Source: Eledone cirrhosa
Taxonomy: Eukaryota
Length of the DNA: 64,000 nucleotides
Direction: 5' to 3'
Assembly (NCBI GenBank): GCA_964016885.1
Contig: OZ024740.1
Location: 273,854,001-273,918,000, forward strand
This document shows, piece by piece, positions 44,682 to 56,730 of the stretch (position 1 is its first letter; the number at the start of each line of letters is the position of its first letter). A program made the position numbers and the translations under genes. The notes beneath the pieces are model-generated. The model was not told where the DNA came from. It did no database searches and was given only the letters and a program-made list of their open reading frames with translations.

Positions 44682-44798
44682 AATTGTTTCTACTTTAGGC
44701 ACAAGGCCAGCAATTACCCAGTGCATTACTGGTACTTTATTTTATCGACTCCGTAAAGATGAAAGGCAAAGTCAACCTCGGCGGGATTTGAACTCAGA
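44682..44798 (-). mobile_element. 5'-truncated tRNA-derived SINE
   Basis: B box, central domain and tail present; A-box half missing. Confidence 0.85.
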
Positions 44799-44889
44799 AT
44801 AGCCTCTTTTTCGAAATAATGCTCCCTAACGAAAAATCGAATCCTACCAGTTTACAATTTTAAATAAAATTTTGTCTTCCTTTTTTCTT

Positions 44890-46150
44890 TAATGCAGGTC
44901 AGAGTACCGGTGTTTTGGGCCGAAGTGACTAAGTTCACAGATGAAGGATTTGCCGCCTTCGAATGGAAATAGGGTAATTCCGACGAGGCGTCCTGCCGCC
45001 ACCAAGTTAGGCCTGCTGGCTCCAGTTGCGATGAGAAGCCAGCTGCGAACAGACTCCTTCTCAATATGTCGTTCAGTGCGGCATGTCGGGGAAACAGGCC
45101 AGCACTCTAGCATCATGACAGTGGTGGCAGGTCAAAATTGTCAACGACAGCCCCACGTCGACATTTATGTGGCTCGCACACGTGGAGGCTGAGGCGTTGG
45201 AACACTCCGATGCAAGTGACCTCCCCAAGAAGGATACAGGTTGATGAGGGGGGCTCTGAAATGAGCCACGCACTATTGATTGGCGGCGAAGCGGATCGGA
45301 GGCAGACGAGCCTTAGTGCCAGATCCAAAGGGGATCGGAAGCCGTTGCCACTAAACGACATTGGGAGCTTCACCTGTTGCCAGCCAGCGTTGTCGGAACT
45401 GACATTGCAGATGAGTTCTGCACAACGTCGGATAGTGGTATTGAGTTTACCGAGATGATCTGAATGGCGCTGACAAGGCGCACTGCGCAGCGTGAACAGG
45501 AATTTGGGGAAGCAGTTCCCCAAGATGAAAACCGTCAATGAGGTGCAGCCTCTCTGCCATTCAGGACAGGTCTACATGCTTGGTTTCAAGGCAGACTCTT
45601 ATGGTTTTCTAGAGAACTGGAGATCTGAGAATGCAGCCGGTGTCTTTGGGCGTTAGCCGAACCCCAGACAAGACGGGATGGGTGTTGGGTACGTCTCAAA
45701 GGAATTCGGTATTCGGCCTCCTCGTAGCTAACGTTTATCATCTCGGACTTGGATGGATTGATTGTGAGTTCGGGGAGCGTTAGAGCTAGGATGATTAGCC
45801 GAAGCTCTTCAACTTCCATCTCAGCCAAGCCACCCAAGGTCGCATCGTTCAAATACCAAACATTGAAGGGTGACAGGACCGAGCGGGCAACTTCGTCGAC
45901 AGCCAGCTCAAAGAGAAGCGGGCTGAGTAGGTCTCCTTGTTGGAAGTAACCCTGTGTCATTGGCCATGAATAAGCTGCATCTTCTGTACGAAAGGTGAGT
46001 GAGAATGTAAAGAAGGGGAGGGGGGTAAAGACACCACTCTAGGACATGATCCTTCCTCACGCTGATGAAGGCGTTTTTAGGTGCAGTTGCACAAGGAGGC
46101 AGATAATTATCCTTGCAAATATTTCGCGCATCGCAAGAGAATATTTCACG
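44890..46150 (-). mobile_element. Decayed CRE-like non-LTR retrotransposon (RT + CCHC + RLE)
   Basis: [96 protein letters not shown]. Confidence 0.8.
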
Positions 46151-46342
46151 TACCACCAATGTCTTCCTGTTTTCTAAAGGTAATATTTGGTCATAAGGTT
46201 TTTTGAAATGTTTACTTCTGCGTCTACAAATTGATTCTTCTCAGTATCAGAATATCCTGTACGGGGTCAAATTCTTTATTCACACTTTAAGCTGAACTGA
46301 TAATAAACATTTGCTCTATGCGTTTACATACACTTCGGCTAG

Positions 46343-46375
<33 letters not shown>

Positions 46376-46381
46376 TTATTA

Positions 46382-46849
46382 AGGTTTGTTGGTTCACCAC
46401 TGGATAGAACTGGTCATTCCGTGTGGTCAGCCTCGATGTAATATTATGGAGAACACTCAACGTAATGGAACTCACCCGTCTTCGTTTGTGTAGTTGGTGG
46501 TGCGCGTACGGAGTTAATTATTATAAAATAACAGGAGGTTGGACTAGTGTAGTTCTTTAAAAGGTTTATAATACTATGATCATTTCAATGACCGGGTTCA
46601 GTATGAATCCGGTGACATCATCAGGTATTCGAAATATAACAAAGGGCGGCAGACCGGGGTAGAAGCATCTAAATGTTTGGTCGGTCTCATGTCTCTGATT
46701 TTCAGCCCCATGGAATTTGTCTATTATATTCTTTGTTATATTTCGAATACCTGATGATATCACCGGATTCATACTGAACCCGGTCATTGAAATGATCATA
46801 GTATAATAAATCTTTTAAGGAATTACACCAGTCCAGCCTCCTGTTATTT

Positions 46850-46852
<3 letters not shown>
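46382..46852. mobile_element. Fold-back HHR element (family D), copy 1
   Basis: Inverted arms about 46521-46644 and 46731-46852 plus a unique tail 46382-46520; HHRs at 46571-46628 (-) and 46747-46804 (+); flanked by (TA)n. Confidence 0.85.
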
Positions 46853-46910
<58 letters not shown>

Positions 46911-47114
46911 TTGGCCATATCATTTGTTACCTCTCCTACCGCTTACTAACTTTCTGTTTTACCTATTCCTTCTTTAGGTTTATGCTTTATATATATATAT
47001 ATTAAGGGCTGGTTCATGCATAGGTCAAGTTTACGGCCCCATTCGATCCTGTGCTAGCTGGCAGATGGCAATATATTTTGCTGTTCCCGGGACTTTTGTC
47101 CTAGGTAAGGAAAA

Positions 47115-47197
47115 TGCTCTCTGATGATCCTAACATTTCCATTGGAAGCCCCTAGGGATCTCCAATCTTTTGTAAGGTGAAACCGTCGGTAAAAGCA
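47115..47197 (+). ncRNA. Type I HHR motif with long stem II
   Basis: TGCTCT-CTGATGA-T-CCTAACA..ATTGGA..CCCTAGGG..TCCAAT..TGTAAGG-T-GAAA-CCGTCGG-TA-AAAGCA. Confidence 0.7.
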
Positions 47198-47262
47198 AAT
47201 GGAATAGGTAAATATTTAAATTATATTATTATTGTTTGAATCTTGCTTGCTCCGCTTATCTC

Positions 47263-47361
<99 letters not shown>

Positions 47362-47479
47362 GTTTGTGTGTGTGTATTGGATGTGTGTGTTAATTATTAT
47401 CATTGTTTATTTTGTCTTATTTTTACACATTTCGCCTCTTATTATTGGCTTATTATTTTCGCCTACCTCTTCTGTTTCA

Positions 47480-50400
47480 TTTCGACTCTCACTTTCTCTG
47501 CGTACCAGCGACTATATGCCGAAGCAGTTAGCAGTAAGTAATACTTATCACTAAAATGCAACGACCTTACCTTGGACTATAAACATTTTTTGTCTCTTTC
47601 TGATGAAGTGCAATATCTTTTATGCAATGCATGCAATTGAGCATGATATTGTACATAAACATATATTAAGGAATGAACTCTCAATAAATTTCTCCTCCTC
47701 CCCAATTCTTCCTGCCAAATTATTTCAGTTTTTCCTGGTACTATATTTATATTTACAACCCCAGCAACAGTAGCAAAACCAACACCACCACCACCCAACG
47801 CCCCAGAAGTAGCACCAGCGCCGACACCATCCACCCCGCCACAACCAAAACCAACGCCTGTGGAGGATTTTCCACTCCCCGGCAACTGGAGACAGATTGT
47901 GACGACGAAGAGTGGGAAACGGTATCAGGAAAAAAAAAAAAAAGAAACCAAAAAATAAAAAAATTCTCTTCCTTCCCCCTCCAAAAACAAAATACAGAGG
48001 GAAACAAATAAATTATCAAACAAAAAAGTTAAGACAGATATGCCACCATCCACACCAGCATCACCAACCCCATCACCACAAACACCAACACCATCACCAT
48101 CACCATCATTGACCCCAACACCACCATCACCAACACCACAAAAGTCACCAAAAAGCGTAACAGAAACAAACCCACAACAAACGCAAACAAAACAAAACAA
48201 CCAAAACGATACACACTACACAGCATTAAATTTGAACAACAACCAATTATTACACTACATGCAACACAACACCAGCATCACAGAAAAAGACTACACGACA
48301 ACCCAAAAGTTCACACCACCTCCACACATACAAATCACTCGCATCACACAGAAAACGTACACGACACTAAAACAAAAATTCCCCAAAGACATCGGAGACT
48401 TCCGACAAACATTCTTCAGGAGGATTTATAAGGACATCCTTCCGGAGGAGGCCACAAGCAGTGAAAAGGATGGTCAAACCATCCTTCCTCTATGAGAAGT
48501 AAGGTAAGTGGTCTTTCCCATCTTTTCCACTCCATTTCAACATGACCACACTCAGAATAGGCAGCATAAATGCGCGTGGCTTGGGGTCGTAATGGAAGCA
48601 GGGCCACCTGCTCAACGACCTCAGGTCACTAAACATAATGTAGTGGCCATCAGCGAGACCAGAATCTCCGAAGCACGGGCCTTCGCACCGATCTTCGGCG
48701 GCTACGATGTGTACGCATCTCCCAGCCGTCCGGGATCGGGGGGAGGAGTTGCTGTGCTTTTTCGGAGAGGTTTGAATCTCGCCATACGGGCCATCTTCCT
48801 GGACCAAGAAGGTAAGTTGGTGGTGCTAGACGTGACCAGCGGAGACGGGCAAGCTTTCAGGCTAGTGGCCGTCTATGCCCCGACAGGAGCATGGCGGCTA
48901 GATTTCTTCCGGTGTCTGGAGACCTTTCTTGGTACGTCCCGCTCTTTAGTGTTAGTGGGCGACTGGAACGGGATCTTAGATGCACGCTGGGACTGTGTGG
49001 CTTTAGCGGATAGGGAAAGAGGGTGCAAGAGCCTCACCAACCTGCTCAGGCGTTTTGAACTGTCTGACAGGTACCGATTGGATTTCCCGAATGTGCCAAT
49101 GTGGACTTGGACAAATCGCATATGGTCATCCAGATCATATCTAGATACAGTATTTTGTAGAGAAATAGATAGGTCTAGCATAGGCTGTCCACAATTCAAG
49201 ATAGTCAGCTACACGGACCACAAATTCGTGATCTGTGTGCTTGACTTAAATAGGCTCCATAGACGAGGACCCGACTACTGGAAGCTAAACGCGTCCTTAC
49301 CAGCGCGCAAGACCTACAGAGACCGGATTAGCGAACTAGTTAAGCGGGCGTTGACGGGGGCCATCGTCAACAACAAGTGGTGGTTTGCTCTGAAAAGAGC
49401 AATTAGAATAGAGTCCATTAGGTTTAGTAAGGCTTTAGCAATAGAGAAAATTAGAGCAGAGGGAGACTTAGTTAGAAAATTAGACGAGGCGCTTAGCAAA
49501 GGCATCAGCGACCGACTTACTTGCGGCTAAATTGGACCTTGACCAATTCTTCAATGCAAAGCACGAAGGCTGCGTTGTCAGAGCTAGAGTGCATGCTCTC
49601 AGACACGAGGGAACGAAAGCCGTTCAATGGGCCCGAGTGGTGGGGGCGCGTCGTGGCAACAATGCCACGATCCGGTCTTTGGTGGACCATGACGGGCGCA
49701 TGCTACTCGATCCCGGGAAAATGTTTGAAGCTTTTTAGCGACACTTCGCTCAGTTGTTCGGGGGCAGCGGCGGTCCGGATCGAGGGATGGACTTGAGTGT
49801 CTACCTCGACAGACTGCCGCGGCTCTCGGCCACTGAGGCTGAGTGTTGCGAAAAGCCGATAACAGCCGCTGAAGTACGGGAGGCAATGACTAGCTGCACA
49901 AGGGGTAAATCGCTTGGTTTGGATGGTCTGCCCTATGAACTTTACGTACAGATGCCAGACTTGTTCGGAGGCCTCTTGGCGGACGTCTACAGCAACTGAC
50001 AAAAGAACGGGAGAATTCCCAGCTCTGTGAGCCGAGGAGCGGTGGTGCTGCTTCGAAAGGATCCGAACAAGGGTGATAACATAGATAATTTTAGGCCCAT
50101 AACTCTGCTAAACACAGAGTTCAAGATGTTGGCCAAGGTGCTAGCAAAGTGTTGGCGCTTGTCGTTGGTGGTCTGGTGAGAGAGGCGCAGACATGCGCCA
50201 TTCCCGACAGATCCAGCCACGACAACCTCCACCTCATGCGATACATCGTAGAGAGGGTAGCTAGGGAACCTGGCACGGGTGGGTCCTTGATCAATTTAGA
50301 TCAGTTGAAAGCTTTCGATAGGGTCGACCATCGCTACCTAGCGGCAGTCCTGAGGGCGGCTGGCTTTGGGCCCGTCTTCAGAGGCTGGATCGCTGGATCT

Positions 50401-51805
50401 CGTTCGGTCCAGACCTCTAGACGGACAAAAACTGGGACGAGGTGACGAGCTGGTTGGCTTCCCTCACCCAGAAATGGGCCGAGAGAAAGCTATCCCTGAA
50501 AGGTCGAGCGGAGGTGGCGAATGCGTACATCGCATCCGTCATCTACTACCGCCTGACCGTCGTACCTTGTTCTAAGCCCCACCTGACTGCGCTGGAGCGT
50601 TTGCTCTTTCGCTTTTTGTGGAAGGGACGCGCTCCGATGGTCAGGCGGTCCATCTGCTGTCAACACCCGCTACGTGGAGGGCTAGGAATGCCGTGGCTGA
50701 TGATGCGCAGACACGCGCTCGGGCTACGATATCTCCACCTCTTCCTCGACAGTGATCAGGTGTGGTCTCCGTTTGCTAGACGCGTCTTTCTCCAGCTCGT
50801 CTCCTTGACGGAGCTGCAGTCCTGGGTCAAGCGAAGACCGAGAGGGAGTGCTTGGAGACTCGAATGTCTTCAGGCACTTACAGCCCTCGACCAATCGGGC
50901 AATGTGATCGGTGGAAACTTCACCTTGGCGTTCTATAGAGGATTAGTGGAGGGGAAGAGCGACGACGTACTTGGTGGTACTCTAGGCGTCGACGAAAATC
51001 AACTAGCCAATGTCTTCGGAACAACTTTCGGACCGGGGCCTATGGACAACTTCCAGAAATCCCTGGCCTGGCTGTGCTACCGAGGAGCTTTGCCAGTTCG
51101 GGATATACTCTACAGGCATGGAGGTGCCGTCAGCCGGGCATGTTCGAGATGCGCGCAGGGCGACGAAACCGTCCTGCACGCACTCGTCCAGTGTCCCAGC
51201 ATGCTGACTTGCGGGTTTATGTCGAACACCTGCTGTCGCGTGTGGGACGGATCCAGCTATCAGCTGAGTCCATCGTGAGGATTGGCCCGCCCTCTTCCTT
51301 TAGCCGGGAAGGGCAGGCAGTTTTTATCTGTCTGGTGGCCATGGCGAAAGAGATAGTATGTTGGACACGTTTGAAAGGGCTGAAGACGAGCACTTACTTC
51401 TTCCGTGATGTCCTGATTAACTTTTTCAAATTTCATTTGAAAAGGAAAATCGGGGTAGAAAGGGAAGTGCTCTCTTCCCAGCATTTTGTTGAAAGGTGGG
51501 TGAGAGAGGCAAGAATTGCCCGAGTGAATGGGCCTACTCTGAGTATGTGTCTGTAAATTAAAGGTGGAAAACTGGGAGAGGGCATTTGCCCTGGTGGTCA
51601 GGGTCACTGTGGCTTTTTAATGGGCTTTCTCCACGAATGTCCCTCGGAAGTCTCCCCCTATTGGGGATTGTTTTCCTTGTTCTATTATTACATCCTCTGT
51701 TTCTTGTTTTTTACACGCAGAAATGCCCATTTGTACCGCCCTGTATTGTCCTATACTGTCCTTAATGTCTACTTTATGTAAACCCTTGTGGTTAATAAAG
51801 AAATC
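47480..51805 (+). mobile_element. Tx1/L1-clade LINE, near full length but inactivated
   Basis: Pro/Thr-rich ORF1 remnant; APE domain (INARGL, AISETR, VYAP, VGDWN, SYLD, YTDH, WKLN); RT (GLDGLPYE, FRPITLLNTEFK, KAFDRVDH); deletion near 50392 removes the YADD region; zf-RVT CSRC..ETVLHALVQC; AATAAA at the 3' end; 5' boundary uncertain. Confidence 0.9.
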
Positions 51806-51831
51806 ATATTTATATTTAGTGTTATTATTAT

Positions 51832-52272
51832 TGGATTGCCAGTATCGGTAGAGGGTCGGACGCCATGCTTTCCAGCATAGTTACGTCCCTTTACGATCTG
51901 AGTTCAAATCCCGCCGAGGTTGACTTTGCCTTTCATCCTTACGGGGTCGATAAAATAAAGTACCAGTAATGCACTGGGTAATTGCTGGCCTTGTGCCTAA
52001 AGTAGAAACAATTATTATTATTATTATCATTATTATTATTATTATTATTATTGGCCACCTAGGGACTAGGCTCAAATTTTAGGACGGTGGTTTGGCAGTA
52101 TCGGTAGAGGGTCAAACGCCATGCTTTGACGTATAGAGTTACGGCCCTTGCCATTCTGAGTTCAAATCCCGCCGTGGTTAACTTTGCCTTTCATCCTTAT
52201 GGGGTCGATAAAATAAAGTACCAGTAATGCACTGGAATAATTGGTGGCCTTGTACCAAAAGTAGACAACAAT
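51832..52272 (+). mobile_element. Two tandem tRNA-derived SINEs (51832-52012, 52082-52272)
   Basis: Family consensus with (ATT)n tails. Confidence 0.9.
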
Positions 52273-52477
52273 TATTATTATTATTGGCTGTCAGACAGTG
52301 AAGACATGTATTTGTGAGCTCCTCAAGGTAGCCAATTTCACGATGTTTTCAATTGTATTAGTTGCTATATCTTCTACAAAAGAGTTTTAAGATTTCCGTC
52401 TTTGCCCTGTGAAGGCGAAACTTTATAATATTTGGGCCTTTTGGTCCAAATATTTGAACTTTGTGTATCTTTGTGTG

Positions 52478-52514
<37 letters not shown>

Positions 52515-52658
52515 CCAAATGTTAAACAAGGTTCATTGATTATTCAATGATTACAGTTTTACAATAGATTAAAAGCACTCAACATTTAAGTTTTCTTGAG
52601 TTATTATTATTATTCAAAATATTAATAAATGGATACATTCACATAATCAAAATATATG

Positions 52659-52720
52659 TTTTATTATATATATTTCGGAGGTACTGTGTTGTTTTTTCAG
52701 TACGTCCTCATCAGATAAAA
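52659..52720 (-). ncRNA. Type I HHR motif, diverged relative of family F
   Basis: TTTTAT-CTGATGA-GGA-C-GTACTG-loop-CAGTAC-C-TCC-GAAA-TATATA-TA-ATAAAA; all three stems pair. Confidence 0.8.
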
Positions 52721-53199
52721 TACATAAATTGATGCATAACATACCTCAACTGTGTTGATTGTTCAATTCCAGTCTTGGCAGTGTCAGTGTCTCCTGCCGT
52801 GTGATAGTGGCTTAAACGTTGAGAGGAGGGCTACGGCAGACACAAATTGTACCATTGCTAACACAAGTAAAAAAAATATTTAATAAAAACACAACATGCA
52901 ACAACACATGTAACAACACCACTACAAACAACATGACCATTGAAAGCAGCAACAGCAACAGTGAGAACACTAACAGTTGTAACAGCGAAATTAGCAACTC
53001 CACCATCAAGAACATGAATAGCGACAGCACCAACAGTAAAAAAGAAACAAGGGAAGAAAGCAACAACAATACCAACTGCACCAACGACAGCACCAACAAG
53101 AACAACGACAACAACACCAACAACAATGACAAGACCAACGACACCACCACCACCACCACCACCACCACCACTAACAATAACAGCAATTACAACGAAGAG

Positions 53200-54490
53200 A
53201 AATAGGCCAAGAGGAAGCTTTCCCTGAAAGGTCGGGCGGTGGCTGCGAACGCGTACATCACGTCCGTCATATACTACCGCCTCCGTTTGCGCCTCGCCAA
53301 ATTAGAGCGGATCCTCTTGAAATTGATGTGGAGGGGACAGGTTCCGTTGATGAGGCGGTCAATCTACTGCCAACACCCTCTACGCGGAAAGCTGGACATG
53401 CCATGGCTAATGATGCGCAAACATACGCTGACGCTGCGGCATCTCCAGATATTCTGCTGAAACGATGAACAGGTGTGGTCGCGCTTTGTCAGGTATGGTC
53501 CGCAGTTCGTCTCTTTGACTGAGTTGCTGTCCTGGGTTAAGAAGATACCGAGACTGGGCGACTGGCATCTGGAATGTTACCAGGCGCTCACTGCCCTCTA
53601 CCAAGCTGACAATGAGGTCAGTGTTCTATAGAGTTCTATAGAGGATTAGTGGTGGGCAAGTGCGACGACGATATCGGAGAGATTCTTGGCGTCGACGAGA
53701 ACGAACGAGCCATTCTTTTCCGGAGGACTTTGGAGCCGTGGACTATGGACAATTTCCAGAAATCTCTCGCTTGGCAGTGCTACCGGTGAGCCCTGCAAGT
53801 TCGACATAAACTCTATAGGCACGGTAGTGCTGTGAGAGGGAGCTGTCCAAAATGCGCGCAGAGCGACAAAACAGTTTTGCACGCACTTGTCCAGTGTCTC
53901 TGTATTGCTGGCTTATGGAGTTATGTCGAACAGGTGTTATCGCGTGTGGGACCAATCCAGCTATCGACCAAGTCCTTAGTGAAGATCCCCCACCGGGTTC
54001 TTTTTGCCAGGAAGAGCAGGCAATTTTCCTCTTTCTGATAGCTGTAGCGAAAGAGGTTGTGAAGTGGACGCGACTGAAAGGTCTGAAAACAGACACTTTC
54101 ATTTTCGGTCAAACCCTCGTCAACTTTTTCAAGTTCCACTTGGAAAGGAAAATAAGGCTGGAGAGAGAAATGTTGCTCCCCAGATCATTTTTTTAAAAGG
54201 TGGGTGATTGATGGGAGGATGGCCCGTGGGAATGGGCCACTCTGATTATGCGCCTGTAGGCTGGAAGGGTGGAGGGCGAGATGTGCACCCTCCTATGGTG
54301 CTCTTGAAGATAAGGGTGGGTTGGAATTTGAGGGGTTCCTAACGTCATCCTACATATTTAGGAATGCTCTTGTTGATTTTTTTGTTAATTGATTTTATTT
54401 ATAATTTTTACTCGAATATGTGTAAACCCCCACTGTCTCGTGTCTTTGTATTGTCCTCTATGTTCGGCCCATGTGGCAAATAATAAACAA
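53200..54490 (+). mobile_element. 5'-truncated Tx1/L1 LINE (second subfamily)
   Basis: KLSLKGRAVAANAYITSVIYYR, QHPLRG, CPKCAQSDKTVLHALVQC, NFFKFHLERK; homologous to 50470-51800; AATAAA then (ATT)n. Confidence 0.88.
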
Positions 54491-54506
54491 ATTATTATTA
54501 TTATTA

Positions 54507-54691
54507 TGGGGATTGGCAGTATCGGTAGAAGGTCGGACGCCATGCTTTGCAGCATAGAGTTACGCCCCTTTAGGGTCTGCGTTCAAATACCGTCGAGGTT
54601 CACTTTGCCTTTGATTCTGACGGGATCTATAAAATAAAGTACCAGTAATGTACTGTGTAATTGCTGGTCTTCTGCCAAAAGTAGAAACAAT
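54507..54691 (+). mobile_element. tRNA-derived SINE
   Basis: Family consensus. Confidence 0.85.
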
Positions 54692-54814
54692 TATTATTAT
54701 TATTATTATTATATATATATATATGTATATATGTATGTTTTTTTTTCTGGCGAGTCAGTTGTTTCGTTGCTACGGACTCCGCCTCTCTCTCTCTCTCTAT
54801 ATATATATACATAT

Positions 54815-55222
54815 ATCCTCATCACAACGTTTTACGTCCATTCTTCCACGCGAGCAATGTTTGCACGAGTTGTCCTGTTATGGGCATTGCTTGGTCAGGT
54901 GACTATGCTATGCTTATACAGATCTGACTTTGGCTTGGTTTCTACAGCTGGATGCCTTTCTTAACGCCAACCTCATTTACAGTGAGTACTGTGTGCCTTT
55001 TGTCGTGATACCTCCACGATCACTTTACAATGAGGGCTGGCTGTTTTCCTCGTCATACTTACATGACACCTATATAGTTGAAAGCTGGGTGGGAGTGGGG
55101 CAGTACATACTGTATATATGCTTCAGCTTCGGCCTCTGCTCATGGGAAGCTGGGTTTTCTGTATTACTGCATAACGCCAGAATCTCGGTGATGTGTCATC
55201 GCCTTTGAGAGGTGCAATTGGG

Positions 55223-55223
<1 letters not shown>
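54815..55223 (-). mobile_element. RTE 3' end/UTR fragment
   Basis: Homologous to 25272-25670 (TTTCTACAGCTGGATGCC, GAGAGGTGCAATTGGGC). Confidence 0.7.
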
Positions 55224-55286
<63 letters not shown>

Positions 55287-55392
55287 TACATATTTCGTAT
55301 CTCCAAGGAAATACGGTTTTAGGAAGCCGTAGCTATGCAAACACAGGAGGGCTGACGCCCTCTGGTGATGTCCAGGAGAAGCAAGGGGGACA

Positions 55393-55436
55393 ACCGTCTA
55401 TGCATTTCAGGCTTATCTGGCCTTCGTCAGGACGGT
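55393..55436 (-). ncRNA. Type I hammerhead ribozyme, unit 1
   Basis: ACCGTC-CTGACGA-AGGC-CAGATAA-GCCT-GAAA-TGCA-TA|GACGGT. Confidence 0.88.
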
Positions 55437-55725
55437 CCCTCCCACCGCTTGCGACTGCTGAACTAGAAGACAGGCGAGAAAATATACTTTTCTCGTCTGT
55501 GTAAATGAGATGATTAATCTCATTTGCATATGAAGCTGCATAAGTTGGCTCAACTTATAATAAAAAAGAAATAAGATTTCGCTTGAAGCATAGCTCTATA
55601 TAATATGTATAAATATTTCGTATCCCCAAAGAAATACGGTTTTAGGAAGCCGTAGCTATGCAAACACCGGGGGGGGGGGGGGGGCTAACGCCCTCTGGTG
55701 ATGTCCAGCAGAGGCAAGGGGGACA

Positions 55726-55769
55726 ACCGTCTATGCATTTCAGGCTTATCTGGCCTTCGTCAGGACGGT
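55726..55769 (-). ncRNA. Type I hammerhead ribozyme, unit 2
   Basis: Core identical to unit 1, 333 bp away. Confidence 0.88.
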
Positions 55770-56057
55770 CCCTCCCACCGCTTGCGACTGCTGAACTAGA
55801 AGACAGGCGAGAAAATATACTTTTCTCGTCTGTGTAAATGAGATGATTAATCTCATTTGCATATGAAGCTGCATAAGTTGGCTCAACTTATAATAAAAAA
55901 GAAATAAGATTTCGCTTGAAGCATAGCTCTATATAATATGTATAAATATTTCGTATCCCCAAAGAAATACGGTTTTAGGAAGCCGTAGCTATGCAAACAC
56001 CGGGGGGGGGGGGGGGCTAACGCCCTCTGGTGATGTCCAGCAGAGGCAAGGGGGACA

Positions 56058-56101
56058 ATCGTCTATGCATATCAGGCTTAACTGGCCTTCGTCAGGACGG
56101 C
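56058..56101 (-). ncRNA. Mutated hammerhead, unit 3
   Basis: GAAA changed to GATA and a stem I mismatch; probably inactive. Confidence 0.65.
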
Positions 56102-56384
56102 CTCTCCCACCGCTTGCGACTGTTGGACTAGAAGACAGGCGGGAAAATATACTTTTCTTTGTGTGTACGTGTGTGTACATTTTAAAATGTATACAACTGT
56201 ACAGATTTCGTTGAAAATAACAGTTGGAAGCATATATGTATTTAAAACTAAAATTCAATATAAGAAATAAAAATAATTCATATGTATCAAAAGAAATTAA
56301 GTAAAAAGGATTTTACCAAAAGTTTTCTAACTGCTCCTTCTACTGTTTTTCATTGTGTGTATTTGTGTGTGTGTGTACGTGTGC

Positions 56385-56455
<71 letters not shown>

Positions 56456-56694
56456 CGCGAGTGTGGTTTTGGTTTGGTTCAGATTATCATCCATGTTAAA
56501 CATAAGAAAATCAACCGGTTTTGTTTCTATTATTGGAAATATCTAACTATCTATTATATAATTCAATTATATATTCATGATACACATGTAAGTTGGATAT
56601 AACACCACACAAATACGTATATACACTGACATAGAATCTCTTGGACACATATGTATGTATATAGACATGCATACACACACACACACACACATAT

Positions 56695-56730
<36 letters not shown>

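Larger units (their letters stand above)
55291..56220 (-). mobile_element. Tandem ~333-bp HHR array (non-LTR retrozyme-like), about 2.7 units
   Basis: Units start at 55291, 55614 and 55947; each has an HHR core on the minus strand; the array abuts (TA)n. Confidence 0.9.

Noticed and set aside
52812-53205. Asn/Thr-rich and Leu/Val-rich ORFs
   Set aside because: Degenerate (AAC/ACC)n low-complexity tract with no domain evidence
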